DNA from: Chloroflexota bacterium
GTDB taxonomy: Bacteria; Chloroflexota; Limnocylindria; Limnocylindrales; CSP1-4
Length of the DNA: 64,000 nt
NCBI GenBank assembly: GCA_026004015.1
Contig: BPIH01000001.1
Location: 16,398 to 80,397 of the forward strand
Direction of reading: 5' to 3'
Shown: positions 49,086 through 58,469 of the stretch, piece by piece
How the letters are laid out: each line of letters starts with the position of its first letter
How positions within the stretch are numbered: the first letter of the stretch is position 1
Translations under genes and position numbers: made by a program
Notes under the pieces: model-generated
What the model saw: the letters and a program-made list of their open reading frames with translations, nothing else
Database searches by the model: none
What the model was told of the DNA's origin: nothing

Positions 49086-50807
49086 CTACGGAAGCGCTCC
49101 GGGCGACGGCTCGTCCGGGTCCGGCGGCTCGGCCGACGGCTCGACGGTGGCCGTTCGTTCGGACTCGGCGGGCCACGAGGGCGGCCCGTGCGCCCTGAGC
49201 GGCCCGATCGCGTCCCCAGGCTCCGCCGCCTCCTCCCGATCCTGCGTCGCCCGCCGGCGCCGACGCCCCTCGAGGCCGAGACCGCCGGCGAGACCGCCGA
49301 GAACGAGGAGGGCTGCCGCCGTCACCATGGCCAGCCGGTAGGCGTCCGTCGAGGCCTCGGTAGCGGCTCGGACGAGGTCCGGCGGTGTCTCCGGCCTCGG
49401 CCGGGTCAGGGGCTGGACGAGGGCTCGGATCTCGGGGTCGTCGACGTCGAGGCCAGGGAGGCGCGCCGAGAGCGCCGGGTAGAAGCTGGCCGTGATGGCG
49501 ACGAAGAGGAGGGCGCTGACGAGGGGCGCCCCGGCCCGCGACACGGCGTTGTTCAGGGCCGAAGCGAGTCCGGCCTTCGTCACGGGCACCGAGGCCATGA
49601 GGGCGATGGTCAGCGGGGCGACGAGGACGCCGAGGCCGATGCCGAAGAGGAGGATCCCAGGGCCGACGTCGACGAGGGTCGCCGGTGGTGGCAGCAGGGT
49701 GCTCGGGAGGCCGGGGTCCGCTTGCCAGGCGGGCGAGGTCGAGGGGATCCGAGACAGCCAGAGGAGGCCGGCCGCCATGGCGACGGGTCCTCCGAGAAGG
49801 AAGGGTCGCGCTCCGATCCGACCGGCGGCGCGTCCAGCCGCCGTCGAGAGGGTGACGAGGCAGAGGTCGACCGGGATGGCGACGAGGCCGGCGGCGAGGG
49901 GCGTGTAGCCGAGGGTGCCCTGGAAGAAGAGCCCCTGGAAGGCTAGGGTGACGTACAGAGCTCCGTAGATGATGAAGGTGGCCAGGTTGACGACGGCGAA
50001 GTCTCGACGACGGAGCAAGCTCAGTGGGATGAGCGGGTCCGGCCGGGTGGCCATGGCGAGGGGCGTGGCCACGGTGGCCGCCAGCCCGAGGACGAGGCCA
50101 CCGACCGCCGTCGGATCGTCCCAGCCCTGGGCGCGACCGCGGATCGCTCCGAAGGCAAGGCCGCCGACGGCGAGGGCGACGAGGATCGAGCCGAGCCAGT
50201 CGAAGCGCCCGGTGGCCGTCTCGTCGCGCGACTCGGGGATGGCCCGCGAGGCGGCGTAGCCGATGGCGATGAGGGGAACGTTGACGAGGAAGGCCGCTCG
50301 CCAGCTCAGGGTCTGGACGACGAGGCCGCCGAGGAGGGGGGCGGCGACGGTGAGGGCGGAGGTGGCCGCGGCCCAGAGGGCGATAACCCGGGCTCGCTCT
50401 TGACCCTGGAAGCAGGCGCTGATGATCGAGAGGGCGCCGGGGACGAGGAAGGCCCCCGCGGCTCCCTGGGCGAGCCGGGCGAGGACGAGGAGTTCGAGGG
50501 TGGGGGCGAGGCCGCAGGCGATGGAGGTCGCCCCGAAGCTCAGGAGGCCGAGCTGGAAGACGCGCCGCCGGCCGTAGTAGTCGGAGAGGGCCCCGGCGAG
50601 GACGAGGAGGGCGGCGAGGACGACGAGGTAGCCGCCGGTCACGTACGTCAGTCCCTCGAGGCGGGCGACGAGGTGACCCGGCAGGTCGCGACCGATCGAT
50701 TCGAGGGCGACGTTGACGATCGTCGTGTCGAGGAAGACGATCCCCGAACCGATGACGACGGCGAGGAGGATGAGCCGCCCGTTCGCGGCCGTCCCGGCTA
50801 AGGCCAT
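49086..50807 (-). CDS. MFS transporter, 14-TM DHA2/EmrB-like drug:H+ antiporter
   Basis: ATG 50807 (MALAGTAANGRLILL...). VFLDTTIVNVAL, GALSDYYGRRRVF, many TM segments and a long charged C-terminal tail. The listed 791-aa ORF is an over-extension. Confidence 0.85.
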   Translation of the reverse strand: MALAGTAANGRLILLAVVIGSGIVFLDTTIVNVALESIGRDLPGHLVARLEGLTYVTGGYLVVLAALLVLAGALSDYYGRRRVFQLGLLSFGATSIACGLAPTLELLVLARLAQGAAGAFLVPGALSIISACFQGQERARVIALWAAATSALTVAAPLLGGLVVQTLSWRAAFLVNVPLIAIGYAASRAIPESRDETATGRFDWLGSILVALAVGGLAFGAIRGRAQGWDDPTAVGGLVLGLAATVATPLAMATRPDPLIPLSLLRRRDFAVVNLATFIIYGALYVTLAFQGLFFQGTLGYTPLAAGLVAIPVDLCLVTLSTAAGRAAGRIGARPFLLGGPVAMAAGLLWLSRIPSTSPAWQADPGLPSTLLPPPATLVDVGPGILLFGIGLGVLVAPLTIALMASVPVTKAGLASALNNAVSRAGAPLVSALLFVAITASFYPALSARLPGLDVDDPEIRALVQPLTRPRPETPPDLVRAATEASTDAYRLAMVTAAALLVLGGLAGGLGLEGRRRRRATQDREEAAEPGDAIGPLRAHGPPSWPAESERTATVEPSAEPPDPDEPSPGALP

Positions 50808-51034
50808 CGACGGGGATCTCGGCGACGACCTCGGGTCGGCGAGCCGGTGGATGGCATCGTCCCTCCCCTCCGAATTCGTGCCGGGCGAGGGCCTCGGAGC
50901 GAGGTTTGCCCGGCGTGGTGCGAATGCTACTCCGACGTCGCCGGTCGGCAGTGCGCGGCCCTCGCCTGGGTGTGGTGCAGGTCGTCGCTCCCGTGTTTCG
51001 CCAGTCCCGTCGACCTCGCTAGACTTCCGCTGCG

Positions 51035-51763
51035 ATGCCAGGCGCGGTGGCCCTCGTCGGGGCCGGCGAGTTCCTCCCCAGGATGGCCGATGTCGATCGC
51101 CGTCTCCTCGAGGCGACCGGGGCCCGGCGTCCTCGGGTGGCCATCCTCCCGACGGCGTCATACCCCGACGGGGCGCTCGTCTTCCGGCGCTGGGCGGAGG
51201 CCGGGGTCGCCCACTTCCGAGCCCTCGGCGCCGAAGTCGAGGCCGTGCTCGTTCGAGACGCGGTCGATGCCGACGACCCGGCCTACGCGCAGGCCGTCGG
51301 CGAGGCCGATCTCGTCTACCTGTCGGGGGGCAAGCCGACCTACCTGCTCCGAACCCTCGCCGGGAGCGCCGTCTGGCGGGCGGCCCTCGCTGCCTACGCT
51401 CGGGGGGCGGTCCTCGCCGGCTGTTCGGCCGGGGCGATGGTCCTGGCTGCCCGCCAACCACGCTTCCGGCGGCGCCTTCTCTTCCCCCTCGCCTGGGATC
51501 GGGGGCTCGGGCTCGTCCCGGGGATCGCCGTCCTCCCGCACTACGACCGGCTGCCGGAGCCGATCGCCGCCCTCGTTGCGCTCCAGGCGCCCCGGGGCTG
51601 CCTCGTCGTCGGTCTGGACGAGGACACGGCGATCGTCGGCCGAAACGGGGCCTGGCAGGTGGCCGGGCAGGCTCGGGTCACCATCTGGAGCGGGCGTCAC
51701 CGGACGCGATACCGGACCGGTGACGTCTTCCGCTTCGACGAGGGCGGCCCCGGCGCTCGGTAG
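51035..51763 (+). CDS. Peptidase S51 / type-1 glutamine-amidotransferase-like protein (cyanophycinase/dipeptidase E family)
   Basis: VALVGAGEF...RVAILPTAS...DLVYLSGGKPTYL...LAGCSAGAMVL, a nucleophile-elbow pattern. Confidence 0.7.
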   Translation: MPGAVALVGAGEFLPRMADVDRRLLEATGARRPRVAILPTASYPDGALVFRRWAEAGVAHFRALGAEVEAVLVRDAVDADDPAYAQAVGEADLVYLSGGKPTYLLRTLAGSAVWRAALAAYARGAVLAGCSAGAMVLAARQPRFRRRLLFPLAWDRGLGLVPGIAVLPHYDRLPEPIAALVALQAPRGCLVVGLDEDTAIVGRNGAWQVAGQARVTIWSGRHRTRYRTGDVFRFDEGGPGAR

Positions 51764-52057
51764 GACCGCCGGGTGCCGCTCGGGCGGCGTCGGCGGCCGG
51801 TGCCACCGTCCCGGGCGTCGGCGCTCAGTGCGGCACGCGGCCGGTGCCGAGAAAGCGTCGGCCGGTCGACCCGCGCTCCGGAGAGCGTCGCTTCGACCGG
51901 CCTTCGGCCACGAGTCGGCCCGGTGCCGGCCGACCCGACTCGCTACCACTACATACGCCACCGGCGGCCCGAAGGTTCACGGGTTCGGCCGCCGGGCTGG
52001 GGCTCGTACCGGGCGCGCACCGCGACCTCGCACCTCGGCCTCGTATCCCGCCTTCGG

Positions 52058-52117
52058 CCGCCGAGTCGCGGGCGGCCGGGTCGCGGGCCGCCGAGTCGCG
52101 GGCGGCCGGGTCGCGGG
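52058..52117. repeat. Perfect 30-nt tandem duplication
   Basis: GCCGCCGAGTCGCGGGCGGCCGGGTCGCGG x2 (52058-52087 and 52088-52117), immediately upstream of repeat copy D. Confidence 0.85.
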
Positions 52118-52139
52118 CCCCGGTTCCCGCCTGCCCCGA

Positions 52140-52400
52140 AGTTCCACGATACTCGCCCCACGAGTACCGCCGCCGCCGGACCGCCCGGAAGTTCTCGGAT
52201 ACTCGCCCGGAGAGTGAGCTGGAAGACGCTCCTTCCGAATGACTCGCCCGGCGAGTACCGTGGAAGACCGACCCCGCCCCACGGCCGGTCGGCGAGCTCG
52301 GCCGTGCTCGGCCTGGCCCGTCGGGACGTGGAAATCGCCGGCCCATTGCGCGGTCTACTCGCCGGGCGAGTAAAGCCGGGCGAGTAAACGAGAAGAACCT
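52140..52400 (+). repeat. Multi-hairpin repeat element, copy D
   Basis: Units GATACTCGCCCCACGAGTA, GATACTCGCCCGGAGAGTG, TGACTCGCCCGGCGAGTA and CTACTCGCCGGGCGAGTA(AAGCCGGGCGAGTA)AACGAGAAGAACC. Collinear with copy B. Confidence 0.8.
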
Positions 52401-52481
52401 CGTCTGCGCGAGGGTCGTCGAACGGGCCCGGACGGGTGCCCGGCGGTTGGAGGCTGGTCGCGCGCCCCTCGCCGCCGGTGC

Positions 52482-52823
52482 TCAGTCGGGCCGGATGGTG
52501 CGGAAGCAGTCCGAGCAGTAGACCGGCCGGTCGAGGCGCGGCTTGAACGGGACCTGCGCCTGGTTGCCGCAGCGCGAACAGATGACGGCGAAGTACTCCC
52601 GGGCCGGGCGATCGTGGCCGGTCCCGTAGCCGCGCGGGCCCCCGATGTCGCGAAGGTCCGTGCCCGCCTCTCGGGCCGCCCGCCGGCTCGCCCGGCAGCT
52701 CGGGCAGCGCTTCGGATCGGAGGCGAAGCCCCGTTGTGCGTAGAACTCCTGATCGGCCGCCGAGTGGACGAAGTCCACGCCGCAGTCGACACAGGTCAGG
52801 GTTCGATCGACGTACGTCGTCAT
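52482..52823 (-). CDS. Double zinc-ribbon protein (zf-trcl-like CxxC...CxxC motifs)
   Basis: GGGAGG RBS. TCVDCGVDFVHSAADQEFYAQRGF..PKRCPSCR and ICSRCGNQAQVPFKP...PVYCSDCF. 113 aa. Confidence 0.7.
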   Translation of the reverse strand: MTTYVDRTLTCVDCGVDFVHSAADQEFYAQRGFASDPKRCPSCRASRRAAREAGTDLRDIGGPRGYGTGHDRPAREYFAVICSRCGNQAQVPFKPRLDRPVYCSDCFRTIRPD

Positions 52824-53066
52824 CTGTGCCTCCCAAGGCCGCGTCTGCTCGGTCGGGCGTCCCGCCGGAGCCGACGTCGAACCTCGGGACGAGGGGCCGG
52901 GGCCGCGCGACCCGGGTGCCGTGCGTCGAACCCTGGTCGGGGCGCACCGGTGCGATGTGGCGGCAGGATAGCACCGAGCGAGCGGCCGGGCTGCCCGAAC
53001 GCCGTGACGGGCCAACGCCGACCGGTACACCTCACGAAGCCACGTACCCGAAGGGTTGACGGCGCG

Positions 53067-53777
53067 ATGGACGACGGGCTCAGGGTCCTGAGACCGGTGC
53101 CAAGGTCGGTGTCCCGGGCGAGCCGACTGGCCGCACGGACGCCGTTCGCGGTCCTCGTCGCGCTTGCCGTCGCGACGTGTGGCCCGTCGGGCTCGCTGCC
53201 GGGTTCGAGCGGGTCGATCCAGCCGATGGTCTCCGTGGCCGCCCTTTACACCGCCGTCCCAGACGCCAACGTCGGCGCGGACGTCGCTCGACGCTGGGTC
53301 GACCGCGCGCGGCGGGACAGCAGGACATCGATCCCGAGCGGGCACGTCAGCGGGCACATCATCGTCCCGCTCCTCGTGAACGCTGAGCCCGGCGCTTCGA
53401 TCGTGATTCTCGGGGACTACTCGAGCGGCTCGCAGATCCTCGTGCGATACGACGACGATCCGGCCAGCGCCCGGCTCATCGAGGTCGAGTATCCCTCCAG
53501 CAAGCTGACGGGGCTGTCCAACTGGGAGGTGGCCCGGGTGCGGGCGGCCCTATCCGACGCGTCGACCATTGGGTCCCTGACTCCCGCCCGCATGACGATC
53601 TTGTCCATGGGCTGGGGCCGGTGCCCGGACGGGACCGGGGCCTGTGCCATCGTCCGACTGGACGACCCGGAGCATCCGGCACCGTCGAGCGCTCCGGCAC
53701 TCGCGCCGAGGGTCGCCGTCCGACTTGCGGACCCCGCAGTGCTCCCCGTCGAACCTGGACCGGGGTCCGGCGGGTAA
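53067..53777 (+). CDS. Lipoprotein of unknown function
   Basis: ATG 53067. Lipobox FAVLVALAVATCG. 236 aa, no recognised domain. The listed ORF start at 52614 is antisense to the zinc-ribbon gene. Confidence 0.6.
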   Translation: MDDGLRVLRPVPRSVSRASRLAARTPFAVLVALAVATCGPSGSLPGSSGSIQPMVSVAALYTAVPDANVGADVARRWVDRARRDSRTSIPSGHVSGHIIVPLLVNAEPGASIVILGDYSSGSQILVRYDDDPASARLIEVEYPSSKLTGLSNWEVARVRAALSDASTIGSLTPARMTILSMGWGRCPDGTGACAIVRLDDPEHPAPSSAPALAPRVAVRLADPAVLPVEPGPGSGG

Positions 53778-53977
53778 GCACGCACCTACCGCGATCCGGT
53801 ACGATTGCGCGCGTGTCCCCACGGACGGGCGCCACTGCCGGCAGACGGGCTAAAGGCTCGCTTGGCGCTTGACCGTCTGACGACGACGGCCGGCGACCGT
53901 CCAAAGCGGTGCCTGCCTCGGGGTTTCCGCCTCACCCCGCGGGCTGGCGTCCCCCAGACCCGCAACGGAGTGAGCAA

Positions 53978-54541
53978 ATGAGACGGCTGATCGTGACCGA
54001 GTTCCTGAGCCTGGACGGCGTCATGGAGGCCCCCGGCAGCGGTGAGGACTACCGGAACGCCGGCTGGGTTTTCAAGAGCGTCGAGTACGACCCAGCCGCC
54101 TTCGAAATCAAGGGACGGGAAGAGGAAGAGGCGACGGCGCTGCTGCTCGGTCGGATCAGCTACGAGCTCTTCGCGCCGGTGTGGCCGACGAGGAGCGAGT
54201 TCGCCCGCTACAACGCCATGCCTCGCTACGTCGTCTCGACGACCCTCGAGCACGACGATCCCCGGTGGCCTGCCACGATCCTGCGAACGCTCGATGACGT
54301 CGCGGCGCTCAAGCAAACCGACGGCGGCCCGATCCTCGTGCACGGGAGCGCCACCCTCGTCGCCGGCCTCGCCGACGCAGGTCTCGTCGATCGCTACCAC
54401 CTGCTCGTCTTCCCGGTCCTGCTCGGCGCCGGCAAGCGGCCGTTCAGCGCGACCCCGAAGGACATGACGAGGCTGCGCCTCATCGAGTCTGAGGCCTACG
54501 CAAACGGCATCCAGAAGCTCATCTACGACGTCATCCGCTGA
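53978..54541 (+). CDS. Dihydrofolate-reductase-fold protein (RibD C-terminal domain family)
   Basis: GGAG RBS. MRRLIVTEFLSLDGVMEAPG..., ...LLLGRISYELFAPVW..., ...ILVHGSATL...LVDRYHLLVFPVLLGAGKRPF. Confidence 0.85.
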   Translation: MRRLIVTEFLSLDGVMEAPGSGEDYRNAGWVFKSVEYDPAAFEIKGREEEEATALLLGRISYELFAPVWPTRSEFARYNAMPRYVVSTTLEHDDPRWPATILRTLDDVAALKQTDGGPILVHGSATLVAGLADAGLVDRYHLLVFPVLLGAGKRPFSATPKDMTRLRLIESEAYANGIQKLIYDVIR

Positions 54542-54614
54542 GCACGTCAGCGGATACGGAGGGAGGGAGGCTCGGAAGGGGGAGGAGGGCTCCCGCCCGC
54601 GCTCGCGCCTGGGC

Positions 54615-54990
54615 AGGCGCCATCCATGCACCCCCCGGAATGGTGTGCAGCCGCCCGTCAGGCGGGCGGGCCGAATATTCGTGGCCGGGATCGTGCGCCC
54701 GCTCGCCGATCACGTCCCCCGCCGGCGATGCACGAGACGAATGGCGGGTTCCGGGTCGCGGGTCGGGTGTCCTCGCACCATGCTCCAGCCGAATATCCGC
54801 ACCCGGGCACCCGGCCGCCATGGCCGCCATGGATGTATGGGACGAATGCCAAGACCGGATCGCGGTTCCGGCGCTCCCGTACCATGCAGCAGTCGAATAT
54901 CGGCCGGGGGCCGACGCCCGGCCGCCGGCCGTGACCGGCCGCGTCGCAGACTGGCACGGACCGCCCCGAACCTGCAACAATCACGCCCAC
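54615..54990. repeat. Imperfect 104-118 nt direct repeats (about 3 copies) with a conserved ACCATGC..CAG.CGAATAT core
   Basis: CGAATAT occurs at 54672, 54790 and 54894. GACGAATG...CCGG.TCGCGG.TC.GG...ACCATGC..CAG.CGAATAT aligns between 54736-54796 and 54841-54900 at roughly 70-75% identity by eye. The periods are not multiples of 3. Confidence 0.65.
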
Positions 54991-55032
54991 CAGGTCCCAC
55001 ATCGGAGAACCGGGGAGGAACGACGACCCAGG

Positions 55033-56198
55033 GTGCTGCGAGCCCTCCACACCGCCGACGTCCATCTCGGCGCCCGCCACGCCGACCTCGGCCCCCAGGC
55101 CTCGGCCCAGCGCGAACGCCAGTTCGCCGCCTTCCGGGCAGCCATCGACCTCGCCATCGCCGAGCGGGTCGACCTCGTCCTCATCGCCGGCGATCTCTTC
55201 GACTCGAACACCCAGCCCCGCCGGAGCGTCGAGCGGGTCGCCGCCGAGCTCGCCCGCCTCGCGGCGGCGAAGATTCGGACCGTCATCGTCCCCGGCACCC
55301 ACGACGTCTACGACCGCGCCTCGATCTACCGCGCCTACGACCTCGCCGCCCTCGCCGGCCAGCCGCCCGACTCCGACCTCGTCACCGTCCTGACCCCCGA
55401 GCGGCCGAGCGTCCACCTCGCCGCCCTCGATGCCATCGTCTATGGCCCGGTCTTCGAGACGAAGCGGGCGCCCCATCCGCCGCTCCAGGGCATCGACGCT
55501 GCCGCGACGATCGCGCCACCTGGAAGATCGGCCTCCTCCACGGCTCGGTCCGTCTGCCCGGCAAGGTCGAGAACGACGACGTCATCGTGAGCCCCGAGGA
55601 GATCGCGGCGAGCGGCCTCGACTACCTCGCCCTCGGCCACTGGCACTCCTTCCTGCAGGGCAAGGCGGGAAGCGTCCTGTGGGCCTACAGCGGCGCCCCC
55701 GAACCCGTCGCCGTCGACCAGGACCGGGCTGGCTCCGTCCTCCTCGTCACCTTCGACCAGCGAGACGGCGCGAAACGGGTCGGGCTCGAACAGCGGACGG
55801 TCGGCCGGACCCGCTTCGAGCGCCAGGAAATCGATGTCGCCACGATCCCCTCCCAGCCGGCCCTCGTCGAACGCCTCGCCGCCCTCGCCGACCCCGACCT
55901 CGTCCTCGAGGTCCGCCTGACCGGCCTCCGCCCCGACACCCTGGACCTCGAGCCGGAGGAGGTCGAGGCGGCCCTCGCCGAGCGCTTCTTCCGGCTCCGG
56001 ATCCGCGACGACTCGATCCCGCCGCTCACCGAGGGCACCCTCCCACCGCCCGACACGATCCTCGGCGCCTTCGTCCGCGACCTGGAAGGTCGAATCGCCG
56101 AGCTCGAAGCGGCCGACCGGGAGGCCGAGGCGGCGGAGCTTCGGGACGCCCTCCGGATCGGGCGCCTCCTCCTGACCGGGACCGAGGTGACGCTGTGA
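55033..56198 (+). CDS. SbcD/Mre11-like metallophosphoesterase nuclease subunit (YhaO-like), one apparent frameshift
   Basis: GTG 55033 preceded by GGGGAGGAA. LHTADVHLG, LVLIAGDLFD and VIVPGTHD. After a shift near 55495-55515, WKIGLLHGSV...YLALGHWH... continues in the frame of listed ORF 54645-56198. Confidence 0.8.
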
Positions 56199-58469
56199 GG
56201 ATCACCCGGCTCGAGATCCGCGACTTCCGCCGCTACCACGACCTCGACGTCGACCTGGCCCCGGGTCTGACCGTCATCCGCGGCCCCAACGAGGCCGGCA
56301 AGACAACGATCCAGCGAGCCATCGAGCTGGCCCTGACCCGGAAGGTGACGAGCACCGGCGCCGACCTCGACGCCCTCCGGCCCTGGGACGCGACGAACGA
56401 CGACGCCCGCCCGGCCGTCCGTCTCGAGTTCACCTACGAGGACGACGAGGGGGTTCGACAGGGAAGCCTGGAGAAGGTCTTCCGCGGCTCGAAGGGGACC
56501 GTCCGCCTCGAGATCGACGGCCAGACGATCACCGACCCGACCCGGGCCGAGCAGGTCCTCGCCGAGCTGACCGGGATCCCGAGCGAGGCCTTCTTCCGCT
56601 CGACGGCCTCGGTCCGCCACCACGAGGTCGCCGACCTCGATCGGGACGAGGCGGCCCTCCGCGACCGCCTTCAGGCTTCCATCAGCGGCGCCGACCGCGG
56701 CACCTCCCGGGCGAAGCGCCTCCTTGAGCGGGCCATCCGCGACCTCCAGGCGAAGGGCGATCGGAACCCGGGCCAGATCAAGGCCGCCCGAGACGAGGTC
56801 GCCCGCCTCGAGCGGGTCGTCGCCGACGGCGAGGCGGCCCTGGCCGCCCTGGAGCGGGACCGCGACGCGCTGACCGTCGCCCGGGAACGGCGAGCGACGG
56901 CCGAAGCCGTCCTCCGCGAACGGCGCGGCATGCTCGAGAAGGCCCGTCAGGCCGAGCGGCTGACGGCCGAGCGGGCGAGTGCCGAAGAGCGCTTCCAGCG
57001 CTACCGGACCGCCGTCGAGGTCGCCACCCAGCTCGATGCCCTCCGGACGAACCATCCCTCGCCGCAGCCGCTCCCCATCCTCCGCGCCGGCGTCGAGCGG
57101 CTGCGCGGTCTGGAGGCCCGAATCCGCGAGCTCCGGGCCGCCCTCGGGAGCGAGGTCGACGTCCGCTTCGAGGTCCCGCCGGAACCCACCTGGCGGCCCC
57201 TGTCCCGGGTCGCCGTCCTCGTCGTTCTCCTCGGTGTCGTCGTCGCCGTCGGCGGGGTCGGCCTCGACGTCCTCGGGCTCCTCCGGCTCGGCGACATCCC
57301 CGTCTACGGCGGGGCGGCCCTCGTTGGTGTCGGCTTCGTCCTCGCCCTCGTCGGCTTCTGGCTCCGCCGCCGCGACCGCCTCGCCCGTCATCTCCGGGAC
57401 GAGGAGATCGCTCGCCGCCTCCGCGGTCGTTCGGAGATGGAGGAGGAGCTGAAGCGGGCCGAACGCGACCTCGCCGCCCAGCTGGCGGGCCTCGGCCTCG
57501 CCGATCTCGCCGCGGCCGAGGACCTCCTCGCCCGTGAGGAAGCCCACGTCGCCCAGATCGAACGACTCGAGGCCCAGCTTCGGGGACTCGTCGGGGACGA
57601 GCCGGTGGAGACCCTCGCCGGCAAGCGGGACGAGGCCGCCCTCGAGATCGAGCAGAAGCGGCATGCCCTCGAGGCCCTCGGGCCCATCGCCCGCGAGCCC
57701 CGGGCCCGGGAGCGCCTCGAGGTCGAGGTTCAAGGACGCCGAGGAGGCCCTCGAGCGGGCCCGGGACGACGAGGCGAGGGCGGCCGCCCGGGTCGAGGCG
57801 AACGCCGTCGATGCCGAGCAGGTCGCCGCGGCCACCGAACAGCTCGCCCTCGCCCGCGAGCGGCTGGCAGCGGTCGAGCGCCGGGCACGGGTCTACGCCG
57901 CCTGCCTGGCGGGCATCGAGACGGCCGAACGGGCGACGATGCAGACGGCGACCCGGTACCTGGAGAAGCGGATGGTCGCCGACCTCGCCCGGGTGACGGA
58001 CGGGCGCTACCGCCGAGTGGCTGTCGACGACCGGAGCCTCGACATCGCTCTCTTCGCCCCCGAAAAAGGTGGTTGGGTCGACGTCCACCAACTCAGCCAG
58101 GGGACGATCGACCTCGTCTACCTCGCCGCCCGCCTCGGGCTCGTCCGTCTCGTGACGAGCGACCGCCGGCCGCCCCTCGTCCTCGACGATCCCTTCGTCA
58201 CCTTCGACGAGACGCGGGCGAAGCGAGCCCTTGAGGTCCTCCGCGACCTGGCCTCGGACTTCCAGGTCATCTACCTCACCTGCTCGGACCGCTACGATGG
58301 CCTCGCCGACGCCGTCGTCGAGCTCCCGGCGCCGACGGCCGCCGACGACGGACGGGTCGAGGCGCCGCCGCCCTGGGTCGTCTCCGAGGCCGCCGGGACC
58401 CCGCCGTCGGCCGCCGCTCGTGGTGCGCCAGCCGCTTCGGGCGGCCCGGGCGCTTCGGGATCGCGCTGA
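56195..58469 (+). CDS. SbcC/Rad50-like SMC-type ATPase with central double-TM insert (YhaN-like), one apparent frameshift
   Basis: GTG 56195 overlaps the sbcD-like stop (GTGA). Walker A GPNEAGKTT and long coiled-coil segments. Two hydrophobic helices lie at 57206-57364. After a shift near 57727-57733 come LSQGTIDLVYLAARLGL (signature) and PPLVLDDPFVTFDE (Walker B/D-loop). Confidence 0.8.

Noticed and set aside
54640-55032. Possible 131-codon N-terminal extension of the sbcD-like gene with recurring (A/V)EY..PG peptides
   Set aside because: The underlying DNA repeats have periods of 104 and 118 nt, so the repeat copies fall in different frames. The similarity is at the nucleotide level, not the protein level. 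GTG 55033 with a GGGGAGGAA RBS fits the conserved LHTADVHLG N-terminus.
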